Assembly: GCA_951406725.2 (NCBI GenBank)
Contig: OX597824.1
Span: forward strand, 80,166,001-80,230,000
DNA length: 64,000 nt
Source: Octopus vulgaris
Lineage: Eukaryota
Reading direction: 5' to 3'
Notes under the pieces: generated by a model
Seen by the model: only the letters and a program-made list of their open reading frames with translations
The model's database searches: none
Told to the model about the DNA's origin: nothing
Shown: positions 1 through 12,617 of the stretch, in pieces
Position numbering within the stretch: position 1 is the stretch's first letter
Layout: every line of letters starts with the position of its first letter
Position numbers and translations under genes: made by a program

Positions 1-197
1 ACAAATACACACACACACACATAAATATATACACATATATACAGTTGGGCCTCTTTCAGTTTCTATCTAGCAAATCCACTCACAAGGCTTTTGTCCGCCC
101 GAGGCTATAGTAGAAGACACTTGCCCAAGGTGCCATGCAATGGGACTGAACCCAGAAGCATGTGGTTGGTAAACAAGCTACTTACCACACAGCCACT
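1..197 (-). mobile_element. tRNA-derived CORE-like SINE (family A), 5' half
   Basis: Reverse complement of the head at 2243-2400 (GTGGCTGTGTGGTAAGTAGC...GGGTTCAGTCCCA...CACCTTGGGCAAGTGTCTTC). Confidence 0.85.
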
Positions 198-217
198 TAA
201 TAATAATAATGATCATT

Positions 218-543
218 TCATTTATTTGCCACAAGGGCGAAGAATGAGGGGAACAATACAAAGACAGATATAAAGTGAAGGGGTTTACATCTATTGAAAT
301 GATGATAAAATCATTAAAGAGAAAAAGAAAGTATACTCGGTATACACTGGAAATGAAGAGATATATGCACGGCATACAAAGATTTACAAAAACAAACAAA
401 AAGGGGCGGGGTGGATGATAGTGATATGGCGCTCCTGATACAGGATGGACTCTACGGATAATTAAGGAGCCCCACTATCCGAGATTTCCCTGTAACCCCC
501 CAGAAATAAGTGCCCTCTCCAATTCCTTCTCTCCGACTCAGAG
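218..543 (-). mobile_element. Probable LINE 3' UTR fragment sharing its tail with SINE family B
   Basis: Minus strand ends ...CGCCCTTGTGGCAAATAAA, resembling the family B tail CCCTTGTGGGTAGTAAAGAAATA. No ORF is present. Confidence 0.4.
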
Positions 544-544
544 G

Positions 545-672
545 TCGCGCACATATGTTTGTGTTTCATATGCCTGGTGTACCATTATGTGATGGGTAGT
601 CATGATGGGCACACTGGGCTTCGTATATTTTACCCCAGTGTCACTTCGATGGCATGCACTGCTCTCTCACTC
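545..672 (+). mobile_element. TAA-associated non-coding element, 3' fragment
   Basis: Matches 1195-1321, ends GCACTGCTCTCTCACTC and is followed by (AAT)n. Confidence 0.8.
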
Positions 673-714
673 AATAATAAAAATAATAATAATAATGATA
701 ATATAATAATAATA

Positions 715-756
<42 letters not shown>

Positions 757-796
757 CAATAATAATAATAATAATAATAACAACAATAATAATAAC

Positions 797-862
<66 letters not shown>

Positions 863-863
<1 letters not shown>

Positions 864-1321
864 TGGGCTACAGCAAATATTCTGCTCAATACCACAGATT
901 TACTTGTCAGTTGTTTGACCTTAACCAGTTGAGCATGTCCCTTGGTGGCTGACGATATCTGCATCTCTGATCACGAGCAGAAGTAGTGGGGGAGCATCAC
1001 AACCATGTGTGTTGAGAAGGATTCTTTGGGGTTTTAATAATTCACCTCTGGAAACATGGGTGTTTCATTCAACATCCTTAAACAACCCTTATTCAGGGAC
1101 CTTTTGAGCGGGATGCATTACTCGACCAGAAGAAAATTCTGACTGGGCCACACCTGCAAGGTCATGTGCTGTTTATCTTGATATAAGGTCACCATGTCGC
1201 GCACACATGGTTGTGATGCATGTGCCTAGTGTACCCTTATCACATGGGTATTAATGATGGGTATACTGGGCTTTATATATTTTACCCCAGTGTTACTTTG
1301 ATGGCATGACTGCTCTCTCAC
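863..1321 (+). mobile_element. TAA-associated non-coding element, 5'-truncated copy
   Basis: Flanked on both sides by (AAT)n; collinear with 37373-37787, 53521-53983 (rc) and 62334-62781 (rc). Confidence 0.85.
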
Positions 1322-1356
<35 letters not shown>

Positions 1357-1682
1357 CATAATAATCATAATAATCATAATAATCATAATAATCATAATAA
1401 TCATGTATACTAATTCCTATAAACGTACTGGCAGTTCTCTATCAGTTGGTCAACGCAGTTTGTAGTCGGTCATCTCGTGTATGTTATAGTTGAGCAAGAC
1501 CAACATCGGCCTTGCAGACTCGTAAAAGAGTAGATAGTTTGTTCCGAAAAACTTTATGTCAGAGATTTTTGGAGAAATTTTCCAGAAAACTTTAGCCTGT
1601 ACTACCGGGAAGAATTCCTTGTTCAGGTTAAGCGCTTTTGATAGGTAATGCTGCCAGCCACACCTGTCCAAGACGTATGCAG

Positions 1683-1929
1683 GTAGAAAGGTAAAGTTAC
1701 CTTCTTGTGTCATACTGAATCATAAGGGCCGGTTTCACGGTTTCCATGGTGTATGTATTCCCCTCCTGGATGGGACGTCGGTCCGTGGCAGGGTTTCTCA
1801 TTTTTGCCAGCTGAGTGAACTGGAGGAACATGAAATGAAGTGTTTTGCTTAAGAACACAACGCGTCGGCCGGTCTAGGAATAGAAACTACAATCTTACCA
1901 CCCTAGCCACTAGGCCACGTGCCTCTACT
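1683..1929 (-). mobile_element. tRNA-derived SINE (family D; CORE-like plus V-like domain, L2-type tail)
   Basis: 13-bp TSD AAGACGTATGCAG (1670-1682 and 1930-1942); minus-strand head GTGGCCTAGTGG; CTGCCACGGACCGACGTCCCATCCAGG resembles the V domain; tail ACTTTACCTTT. Confidence 0.75.
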
Positions 1930-2099
1930 AAGACGTATGCAGTGCAATGAAACCATTCTGAATAGAATTAATCAGGTTCGAACATTGCTAATTTGTGGAT
2001 TCACAACGAATAACTGTTATTGCGTGTAGAGCAGACTTAGCTCTCAGCCGATTTGAATGTGGGAATCGCGAAGGGCAGCTAGTTTTCCTTTGCGTGGTG

Positions 2100-2745
2100 C
2101 AGTGGTTCTCAACCCGGCTCCAAATGACCCTTAGGGACCTATGTAAAATTTTTGGTTAAAATTTATGAGCAAGAAATTGCTTTTATTGCTACAATACACC
2201 AAACATGTAAAGATTTTTTAAAATACAACTCTTAATAACATAGGCGTAGGAGTGACTGTGTGGTAAGTAGCTTGCTTACCAACCACATGGTTCCGGGTTC
2301 AGTCCCACTGCGTGGCACCTTGGGCAAGTGTCTTCTATTATAGCCTCGGGCCGACCAAAGCCTTGTGAGTGGATTTGGTAGACGGAAACTAAAAGAAGCT
2401 CATCGTATATATGTATATGTATATATATGTGTTTGTGTGTGTATATGTTTGCGTGTCTGTGTTTGTCCCCCCAACATCGCTTGACAACCGATGCTCGTGT
2501 GTTTACGTCCCATTAACTTAGCGGTTCGGCAAAGGAGGCCGATCGAATAAGTACTAGGCTTCCAAAGAATAAGTCCTGGGGTCTATTTGCTCGACTAAAG
2601 GCGGTGCTCCAGCATGGCCACAGTCAAATGACCGAAACAAGTAAAAGAGTAAAAGAGAATAACATTTAATTATAAAAATATAATACGGTTTTAAAGAGTG
2701 TGGATGGCTATGAGGGTCTACCGGAGTAAAACAAGAATCAAAAGA
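2100..2745. mobile_element. Degenerate hAT-like MITE interrupted by a SINE
   Basis: Starts CAGTGGTTCTCAACC, a typical hAT/Charlie terminus. The right TIR is not evident. Confidence 0.4.
2243..2657 (+). mobile_element. Full-length tRNA-derived CORE-like SINE (family A)
   Basis: A-box-like GTGACTGTGTGG, B-box GGTTCAGTCCC, CORE-like ACCTTGGGCAAGT, internal (TA)/(TG) spacer, (GTAAAAGA)n tail; AATAACAT repeated on both flanks. Confidence 0.9.
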
Positions 2746-2823
2746 TTTGTGGCTATGTGGCTATAGCAAATAGATTATGTTGTTGATAAGATTGTATAAA
2801 CTGAGGACTAACTATTTCCGCTT

Positions 2824-3174
2824 GATGATGGAAGCACTCCGTCGGTTACGACGATGAGGGTTCCGGTTGATCCGAGTGGCTGAGCACTCCACAGACACGT
2901 GCACCCTTAACGTAGTTCTCAGGGATATTCAGCGTGACACAGAGAGTGACAAGGCCGGCCCTTTGAAATACAGGTACAACAGAAACAGGAAGTAAGAGTG
3001 AGAGAAAGTTGAGGCGAAAGAGTACAACAGGGGTCGCCACCACCATCCCTGCCGGAGCTTTGTGGAGCTTTAGGTGTTTTCGCTCAATAAACACACAACG
3101 CCCGGTCTGGGAATCGAAACCGCGATCCTACGACCGCGAGTCCGCTGCCCTAACCACTGGGCCATTGCGCCTCC
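2824..3174 (-). mobile_element. Full-length tRNA-derived SINE (family C)
   Basis: Minus-strand head GGAGGCGCAATGGCCCAGTGGTTAGG...GTTTCGATTCCC; 13-bp TSD ACTATTTCCGCTT (2811-2823 and 3175-3187). Confidence 0.9.
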
Positions 3175-3387
3175 ACTATTTCCGCTTAATATGACTCATA
3201 TGCTTCTCTAAGTTCCAGCTGGGGAGTGCAGCGAGAGTGAAGAGTTGTGTGCAGTCTTGCACTCCAGTAAAATTTACTGAAAATTTGGTGAAAATGTTTG
3301 GTAAATGAACCTAATTTCAGTTTGCGTCTGCAGACAGGAGAACATAACTTGGTGCTGCTAATCTATGATATTCCTTGATTACCCTAA

Positions 3388-3620
3388 GGCGGCGAATTGG
3401 CAGAAACGTTAGCACGCCGGGCGAAATGCTTAGCGGTATTTCGTCTGCCGTTACGTTCTGAGTTCAAATTCCGCCGAGGTCGACTTTGCCTTTCATTCTT
3501 TCGGGGTCGATAAATCAAGTACCAGTTACACACTGGTAATCGACTTAATCCCTTTGTCTGTCCTTGTTTGTCCTCTCTGTGTTTAGACCCTTGTGGGTAG
3601 TAAAGAAAAAAAGAAAAAAA
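3388..3620 (+). mobile_element. tRNA-derived Deu/Nin-domain SINE (family B)
   Basis: B-box GAGTTCAAATT; Deu/Nin-like GCCTTTCATTCTTTCGGGGTCGATAAA..AGTACC; imperfect TSD TA(T/C)TCCTTGATTAC at 3369 and 3621. Confidence 0.88.
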
Positions 3621-4444
3621 TACTCCTTGATTACTCTTAATTAGTTATTTACCAATATTAGCATGCCTAAGCTCATCTTCTTTGTATAGTTTTATTTTCC
3701 AAGTTTGGACTTTTCTATAATCAATTCTACGTAACACCACATTCTATAGATTTTTTTTTCCTAATATATCCTTACAATGCTACCTACTTCATCTGTTGTC
3801 TCTGTGACAAATAGCAAAAAGCATTATAAATATTATTTTCACTACGGTCATCTATCCAAATAAAATCCTATTGGATTTGAAAGTCAACAACAAAAAAAAA
3901 AGGTGGGGTGGATATTAATTTTCTTTTGTTATACTGGATTATGAAGATGTGCTTGCAAGTGAAAGGTGTCAACCGACTTAGCCAACCTTATAGTGCCAAA
4001 ATAAATAAGTAAATAAAAGAATGAATAAATAAGAGGATAATACAACTCAAGCCTTCTTTCTAATTCTATACAAGAAATTATAATTCCGCTTTCGCAGAAA
4101 TGTCAGAATTCAGGAAAGCCTGTTAAATGCAAAGAGGAATTTTTCACGGAAATTCGTAATTTCATTTCTATAGTTATATTATGGCTAAATCAATAACGGT
4201 ATGGCATGATATCGGAACTGATGGAAACGGGGAGGGATAGGGTAGTGTAGGGGTAGGGGTGGAGGTGGGGGCCAAGGTAGGAGGCTGAGAACTCTTATAT
4301 TGAAGATTATGTTTCATTGACATCTGTCTGCTAATTTCGAAATGTCCACGGAATTATGCTCAAGAAATGCGGCAAAAGTCTCGTATTCCAAGGAAAGAAG
4401 AAAAAAAAAGCAAAAGCAGTGTGTGAGTGTGTGTATGTGTGTGT

Positions 4445-4505
<61 letters not shown>

Positions 4506-4758
4506 TGTGTGTATGTGTAGGCATATGTGTGCGTGTGCTGCAAAAAAAAGGTTTCATCCAATTACGTTCTTGGCATTATAAGGATTTCTCTTTCGACTAA
4601 ATACAAGAATATATATATATATTCCTAGAAAGTTAGTGAGTCGGACTAAGTATCAGGTTTTCGCCCCTGGGGTGCTAAAATGTAAAACCCGAATACAGCG
4701 CTGCTTGAATGCACAACACGCAATGACGTTGTGTCTGTGTGTACATGCTCCTGTGAGA

Positions 4759-4826
<68 letters not shown>

Positions 4827-4847
4827 GTATATATATATGTATGTATG

Positions 4848-4879
<32 letters not shown>

Positions 4880-4905
4880 TATGCATATATATACGTATGT
4901 ATATG

Positions 4906-4937
<32 letters not shown>

Positions 4938-5568
4938 TATGTATATATATATATACGTATGTATATATACATATATATGTGTATGTGTGTATGTAAGTAT
5001 ATGTGTGTATGTAAGTATATGTTTATGTGTATATATACATATATGTATACACATAGATACATATACATATATATGCGACTTAGTGTATATTACATTCGAT
5101 TATACATATCTATCTGTCTATCCATTTCTCCATCTATCTAAGTATCTATCTATCTGTCTATGTATGTATGTATGTATGTATGTATCTATCTATACGCTTA
5201 TTGTGCCTAGGTTAAATGTAACAGTATTCTAAATATCGTCTCACGCTCTGTATATCCATGCATACAAACATATATTCACACGTACAGACACAAACACACA
5301 CAAACACACGCAGACACATGCACACGTACACACATGCACAAGTACATACATGCACACACGTGTATGTATAAATGTTTGTTTTTGATGTACAGTTATTTAC
5401 GAAAATAGTGGTAAGCATTAATTGAAGAATTATCCGATACATTTAATTGGAATATCACATTTTAATTTTAACTTGAACAACAAAAAAAAAGAAATCAGTG
5501 AGTTTTAAGTTTCAGCTTCGTTGCCTTCATAGCGTCAATGTATATATAAACACATACATACATACATA

Positions 5569-5619
<51 letters not shown>

Positions 5620-5733
5620 TCATAGTGCATGCGCTCTTACACAATAACATAGATAGATAGATAGCTAAATAGAGAGATAGAGAGATAGAGAGATAGATAA
5701 ATATATATATATATAGCTAGCTAGCTAGCTAGC

Positions 5734-5777
<44 letters not shown>

Positions 5778-5867
5778 GTGATAGATAGATACATGCATAC
5801 ATACATAGGGTTACACCCACGTACACATATATATTTATGTACACATATATTTATACTTAAACCACCG

Positions 5868-5956
5868 AGGCGCAGGAGAGGCTGTGTGGTAAGTAGCTTG
5901 CTAACCAACCACATGGTTCCGGGTTCATTCCCACTGCGTGGCATCTTGGGCAAGTG

Positions 5957-5987
<31 letters not shown>

Positions 5988-6185
5988 TTGTCCCCCTAGC
6001 ATTGCTTAACAACCGATGCTGCTGTGTTTACGTCCCCGTCACTTAGCGGTTCGGCAAAAGAGACCGATAGAATAAGTACTGGGCTTACAAAGAATAAGTC
6101 CCGGAGTCGATTTGCTCGACTAAAGGCGGTGCTCCAGCATGGCCGCAGTCAAATGACTGAAACAAGTAAAAGAGAGAGTAAAAGA
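5868..6185 (+). mobile_element. SINE family A, internally deleted
   Basis: Same head and tail as 2243-2657 but lacks ~70 nt after the CORE motif. Confidence 0.88.
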
Positions 6186-6224
6186 TATGTGTGTGCGTGT
6201 GTATGTGTGTTTGTACATAAAACA

Positions 6225-6405
6225 GCAAACTAGCAATATCGTTAGAACGCCAGGCAAAATGCTTAGCAGCATTTCGTCCGTTTTACGTTCTGAGTTCAAA
6301 TCCCACCGATGTCAACTTTGCTTTTCATCTTTTCAGGCTAGAACACTGTGGTCCACGTAATCGACCTACTCCCGTAATTGCTGGCCTTGTGCCAAAATTT
6401 GAAAC
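6225..6405 (+). mobile_element. SINE family B, degraded
   Basis: CGTTAG..CGCCAGGCAAAATGCTTAGC...TTACGTTCTGAGTTCAAAT matches 3388-3500. Confidence 0.75.
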
Positions 6406-6507
6406 TATATATACATATATATTTATATATGTATATAATACATAAATGTACATATGTGTGTGTACGTTTGTGTGTTAATGTATATATATAATATATATAC
6501 ACATACT

Positions 6508-6556
<49 letters not shown>

Positions 6557-6859
6557 ATATATAAATGTACAAATGTGTGTGTGTTTATATGTATATTTAT
6601 ATATATACGAGCAAAACGTCCCCAGTCCAATGGACGTTGCTGAATCATATCTGCTGAATAAAAAGCAATCAGTGTTTTCATTTCATCAAAAAATAATTAA
6701 GCATGCCTTTATTTCAATAAAACTTTTGCTTTTGTGAAACGAAGTTAAGGCAAAAAAACAAAAAAAAAAGACTTCTTGAGAAGCCTTCCTTCATGCCAAA
6801 CTTGGAGGGAAAAATTAAATTTAGTATTAAATCAAATTTCACGATATAAATATATAATA

Positions 6860-7610
6860 TATATAAATTAGAGAAAAACTACTATTATGCAATTCAAACA
6901 ATGATGGTCATAAACCAAATCACAAATAAAAAATAAAATATATTTTTAAAACATATAACTAGGTCACAAAAACTACAAAAAGGAATAAACAAAATATAAT
7001 AAGTAAGAAACTACGTACGTTTCATGGCTATAATTTAAATTCGAATTACAATTCAATTTAAATTTAATCGAAAAACAATTCACTTTAAAATTATAGGAAC
7101 TCTTCAGGTTAACAATAATAACAATAATAGTTAAATAAATAAGCAAATAGAATTAAACAATATTTCTTAAAGAAATAATATCATGATTTTTCTTAGAGTA
7201 GAAACATCATTAACTAAATATGAAACTTAAAACAGTAGGACCAGTTGCCTACAATACATTTATTATGTTAAATATTTAAGGTAAAAAAATAGAGTAAATA
7301 GATAGAAAATTGTGTTTATCTCTGAAAATATAATTTAGCTTAATAAAAATATTAATAAACTATAGAATATCTTTAACGTAGCTACACTCTAAAATTTAAT
7401 TACCAAACTATTCTACAAAACAATCACTCTTAATATTTTTAGATATAATATAATAATTATAAGATAATAAATTTATATAAAAAGTACGTATCTAAATTAT
7501 AATCAACAAATATAGTAATTATAAATCCATATTTTTTTCAATCAATAAACATATAAATAAATATGTAAATTACTTCTTTATTACTTAAATAAATATTATA
7601 GATATTATTC
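6860..7610 (-). mobile_element. AT-rich non-coding Penelope-like element carrying a hammerhead
   Basis: Terminus 6866-6920 is the reverse complement of 10225-10280 and 49450-49510; contains the hammerhead motif at 7009-7110. Confidence 0.55.
7009..7110 (-). ncRNA. Type-I hammerhead ribozyme motif with long stem II
   Basis: Minus strand reads AAC-CUGAAGA-[CUAUAAUUU...AAAUUAUAG stem]-GAAAC-GUAC-GUA-GUU, with palindromic stem III ACGUACGU. Confidence 0.65.
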
Positions 7611-8317
7611 CGAAAATATTAATGAAATAAAAAATAAATGTATATATGTGTGTGTGTGTATGTTTGTGTACGGTGGTATTATATGTGTGTGTATTAATAC
7701 ATCATACCTCTCTAGCATCAGTCTTTCTTTCAGAGAAATCTTTAGTAAAAAAGAAAACAAGGCCGCCATTTTATTTCGGTTTGAATGGATTTTGTTTTGG
7801 TTGTTGCTGTTGTTTTTGTTGTTGTTGTGTGAGCATGTGTGTAAGGGGGGCGGGTGAAACGTGGAAATAATCGATTGTATTATTTGACTAGTACTTATTT
7901 TATCGATTGCGTTGGGAGTAAGGGCAAAATTGTCCGTGATAGGAATTGATATCAGAATATAAAGGAGATATAGATAAACACCGCATGGGCTCTTGTCCGA
8001 CGCTGCTCTACACATTCTCTCACTCCTTTGTGACCAGCAGTAGCAGCGCCACCACCCCCACGACCGCCACGACGATGACCACTACCACCACGACTGTCAC
8101 GACGACCACGACCACTACCACTGTAGCCACCACTGCAACCACCACGGCAACCATCACCACACCACCGCCACAACCACTACCACGACAGCCACCACCACCA
8201 CGATAGCCACCACCACCACGATAGCCACCATGAATGCCACCACCACCAATACCACCACCACTACGACAGCCACCACTGCCACGACATGGTTTTCAATGTA
8301 TTGAAAACCACAGTTAA

Positions 8318-8331
8318 AAAAGTTGCATCGA

Positions 8332-8362
<31 letters not shown>

Positions 8363-8642
8363 AATACACACTCGTCAACACCTAGTTGACAGTTATTACA
8401 AGGGAAATAAGTCATTTTTAATATTTGGCGGGATTAAAAATTTGAATTCTACATTAAGGAATTATAAAGAAAAAGTTGCATCGAATTCACACACACACAC
8501 GCGCACACACACACACGCGCGCGCACATACAAACACACACAGACGTCGTCTCCTAAGTTGACAGTTATTACAAGGGAGATAAGTCCTTCCTAATATTTGG
8601 CGGGATTACAAATTTGAATTCTAAATTAAAGAAAAAATTGCA
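8318..8642 (+). repeat. Tandem duplication, ~155 bp x2
   Basis: AAAAAGTTGCATCGAATTCACAC...GTTGACAGTTATTACAAGGG...TTTGGCGGGATTA.AAATTTGAATTCTA occurs twice in succession. Confidence 0.85.
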
Positions 8643-8876
8643 TACACGCACATACACACAAACACAGACATTCGTTTACTTAAGGAACTTATTATTACTT
8701 AATGAAAAGCTTCACAGCAACTGTCGGTTTACTCACCTCAACCAGTTTGATGTAAACGAGTAAGCCGAAACTACGGAATCATAGTCAACATTTTTCCTAC
8801 TAAAAATTAATTCCATTGTGGTGCTCCAGCATGACCACAGCCGCATGGCTGAAACGAGTAAGAGAGTAAAAGAGAT

Positions 8877-9277
8877 ACTCTTTTACTCTTTACTCTTTTA
8901 CTTGTTTCAGTCATTTGACTGCGGCCATGCTGGAGCACCGCCTTTAATCGAGCAAATCGACCCCGGGACTTATTCTTTGTAAACCCAGTACTTATTCTAT
9001 CAGTCTCTTTTTGCCGAACCGCTAAGTGACGGGGACATAAACACACCAGCATCGGTTGTCAAGCAATGCTAGGGGGACAAACACAGACACATACATATAT
9101 ATATATACATATATTCGACGGGCTTCTTTCAGTTTCCGTCTACCAAATCCATTCACAAGGCTTTGATCGGCCCGAGGCTATAGCAGAAGACACTTGCCCA
9201 AGGTGCCACGCAGTAGGACTGAACCCGGAACCATGTGGTTGGTTAGAAAGCTACTTACCACAGAGCCACTCCTGCAC
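8877..9277 (-). mobile_element. Full-length SINE family A
   Basis: Reverse complement of 2243-2657 and 44221-44750. Confidence 0.9.
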
Positions 9278-9569
9278 TTTATTAAAAAGTATTGCTTTAT
9301 CCTTCAATTTAATATTAAACTGTTGTTATATAAAAACATACATCAACATAAGAATCTGAGTGTACGCGTACAATATGGCTGTATGTATGGGTTTATGTAT
9401 GTATATATGTATATATGTGTATATTTATGTGGGGGTATGTATATGTGCATGTGTGTATGCATGTACGTGTGTATGTATGCATTTATGCATATTATGCGTA
9501 TGTGTGTGTATGTATATGCGTGTATATATATGTATATATGAATTGATATTCGCTAGTTATTTCCATTGA

Positions 9570-10295
9570 TAATTATATTTATAGTATTTATAGTATTTAT
9601 TCGATACTATATTACTACGAATTGATTATTTCTATAAGTATTTTACATAAGATTTCCGAAAGTTCGTTTAAGTTTGTTTATTTGTATTTTGAAATTAGCT
9701 ATTTCATCTTTAAATATGAAAACTTAATTTATTAGGTTTTTATTATATGTGCATATATATTTATTTATAGAGATTATTTTAGATCTTAATATTTATATAC
9801 ATTTATATATTTTCATTGATAATTTATATATATTAGTCATTTTTAAATATTTATGTAATTAGATATAGACTAATACCGATATTAGATTATTGGTGGGTTT
9901 CCTACCTTATAAATTAAAATTAATATTCAATATTATAGTCGATTTTGATATAATCATTATTGTTAAGTTTTATGTTTCTAGTTTGATAATAGAGTTTATT
10001 ATAAGTAAAATTATTATATTATTTATATCTTAAAAATATTGTTTAAATATTTCTGATCATATTTTAGATATTTTAATTAACCTGAAGATTGAATGTAACC
10101 ATAACTCGAATTATTACGAATTGTACAGCCATGAAACGATCGTAGTGTTTTACACTTTATCTTTTATTAAACTTTTAATACTTTTGATATATATTTAAAA
10201 TATATAAATTAATTAATTTTATGTATTGGTTTATGTTTTTCATTGTTTGATTTGCCTAATAGTGCTTTTATCTCTAATTTAATATAATATAATTA
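9570..10295 (+). mobile_element. AT-rich non-coding Penelope-like element carrying a degenerate hammerhead
   Basis: Shares its terminus with 6860-7610 (inverted); CTGAAGA...GAAACGATCGTA at 10082-10144; ends in (TA)n. Confidence 0.55.
10079..10147 (+). ncRNA. Degenerate hammerhead ribozyme motif
   Basis: AAC-CUGAAGA-(44 nt)-GAAAC-GAUC-GUA-GUG; palindromic stem III ACGAUCGU; stems I and II pair poorly. Confidence 0.5.
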
Positions 10296-10317
10296 TATAT
10301 ATATATATAATTATATA

Positions 10318-10726
10318 TAATTAAATAAAGGTAGAAATTGATATTAATCAATTAAAACCAGTGGCTTAGCATATTTTAAAAAGTCCGAAGATTAAAAATC
10401 GTGTTACACACAAAATTTAGAGGACTGACCACTAAAAGTGGACAGTCTATATGCTAAACATAGACGCCAAATCGCCATTACCAGAAAGAATGTGTTCTCA
10501 AGAAAAATTTCAGCAAAAAAACAAAATGTAAAAATGTTTTGGTTTTTTGCTGAGATTTTTCTTGAGAACACATTATTCGTGGTAATGGCGATTTGACGTC
10601 TATGTTTAGCATATAGGCTGTCCACTTTTAGTGGTTAGTCTTCTAAATTTTGTATGTAACACGATTTTTAATATGCTAAGCCACTGGTTTTAATTGATTA
10701 ATATCAATTTCTAACCTTATTTAATT
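10318..10726. repeat. Long imperfect palindrome (~200-bp arms)
   Basis: AAACCAGTGGCTTAGCATATT...CAGCAAAAAA is mirrored by TTTTTTGCTG...AATATGCTAAGCCACTGGTTT. Confidence 0.92.
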
Positions 10727-11482
10727 TCATATATATATGTATGTGTGTGTGTGTGTGTGGGTGTGTGTGTGTGTAAGTATGTATGTATGAATGTATGCGT
10801 AAAAGTGCATAATTAACGATAAATCACATGAACAGTTCCGCTAAGTTTAAAAAATGTAGGAGAAGAAGAAAAAGAGAAAGGAAAATGGTGACGAAGAACA
10901 ATAAAAATAACAAAATCAACAGCAGCAACAGAAACAGCAGCAACAACACTTACAGCAGCAGCAACATCCCCTACATCAGCAACAGCATCAACACCGTGGA
11001 ATTTTCTTGCACACGATAATTTTGTTGAAAAGTACACCTCCAAAATAAAATATGTAAAAAAAAACAGGAAAATACTAAATAGATAAATCAATAAAAACGC
11101 AAAGAAAAAGAAAAAAAAAAAACTAAACAAAATGGCAGTCATCATAAATACATTTGAATTGAAATTCATTTCGTTATTCCCACTTGATAAAAACAGTTCG
11201 TTTCGTTTCCATTGTCTTCGTATTTTGGATTTTATTCATTTTTCTTTTCTAACTCCATTCTTTACTTAATTTTACGAGTTCATTCATGTTTGAAATGGCG
11301 TGCATGCGTGTCTCGTTTCGTTCCGCTTTAGTTAACTCAAGAGATATTTCATGCTTCTTTAGTTTTTTAACAGCAGTCAAAATTATATTAAACAATTATT
11401 TTCTTTCTTTCAGACTTCCCCATATATTTTGTTTTAGATATTTTTCTTTTTCCTGCGATTCACCAATTTTCCCCCTGGTACC

Positions 11483-11550
<68 letters not shown>

Positions 11551-12131
11551 CACACACATATATATGTTCTTATTTTTTTAAATGTTAAAATGAAAAAAAA
11601 AACATCTCTATCCATCCTTAGTCTCTCCTTCCATGACTCTCTCTGTCTTTCTCTCGTTCTCATTCCCTCTCGTCATATTTTCGCTTCAATGTTTTCTAAG
11701 TGTTGAGAATAGGCAGATGTAAGTGATGTTAAAAAGATCCCATTAGGGGTTATAACTCTCCGGTGTCAGGTTATAAGTTACCACAACCCATTCACACCTT
11801 TCCTTACTTCCACTAAATATATATCAAATATAATAGGATAAAATAATAATAAAAAGGAATAAAGATTATAACTACGTTCAGAATATCATCAACGACAGCC
11901 TTCTAGTGCAGTGTATGATCCTGTCTATATGTGCGCCTATACCTGCGTGTGTGTGCGAGTGTGTATGAGCGTGTGTAAGTGTAAGCATGTACGTATATAG
12001 GTATTTATACTCATGATTGTATACATATGTATATCACTTACATATGCGTGTGATAGAGTGGGTGTGTCTATCTTTATCCACCAATGCGGTATTGTGCGCT
12101 CACTGTTCGACAGTTACGCATATATATGTAC

Positions 12132-12163
<32 letters not shown>

Positions 12164-12617
12164 ATGTATCTATATGTATATTATATCTCTGCATGGGTAT
12201 TATATACGTGTGTTACATACACATGAATATATATGTACATGTATGTATGTATGTATGTATGTATGTATGTATGTATGTATGTATGTATGTATGCATGTAT
12301 GTATGTATGTATGTAGCCAATATAGATATATACCGTGTACTATATACAAGTACACTCGCGTGAATAATTGCACATATACATATCTACATTCATACATACC
12401 TACATAGAGATGTACGTATGTGTCCGTGTGTTTTAGCAATTTCTAAACAGGTTGTAAATATTAACATAAAAATGTAGAGGAAAATTCTAAACAAACGTTA
12501 ATACAATCTTTTTGATGTTCGAACGGCTTTAAAACCATCATACCATTTATTGTTTAATCCATGATTTTGCCATCACATTCGAACAAAATGGTTTCCAATA
12601 TAGACACAAAACACCAT

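Noticed and set aside
949-990. CTGACGA within the TAA element as a hammerhead core
   Set aside because: Followed by GAAG rather than GAAA, with no closing stems.
2243-2320. tRNA genes (also 3100-3174, 26539-26610, 25688-25745)
   Set aside because: tRNA-like heads continue into SINE bodies and do not fold into complete cloverleafs.
4229-4282. G-rich tract with G-quadruplex potential
   Set aside because: Low-complexity sequence with no other supporting context.
8737-8796. Possible minus-strand exon with a GAG|GTGAGT donor
   Set aside because: Weak acceptor, and its phase is incompatible with the 17760 candidate.
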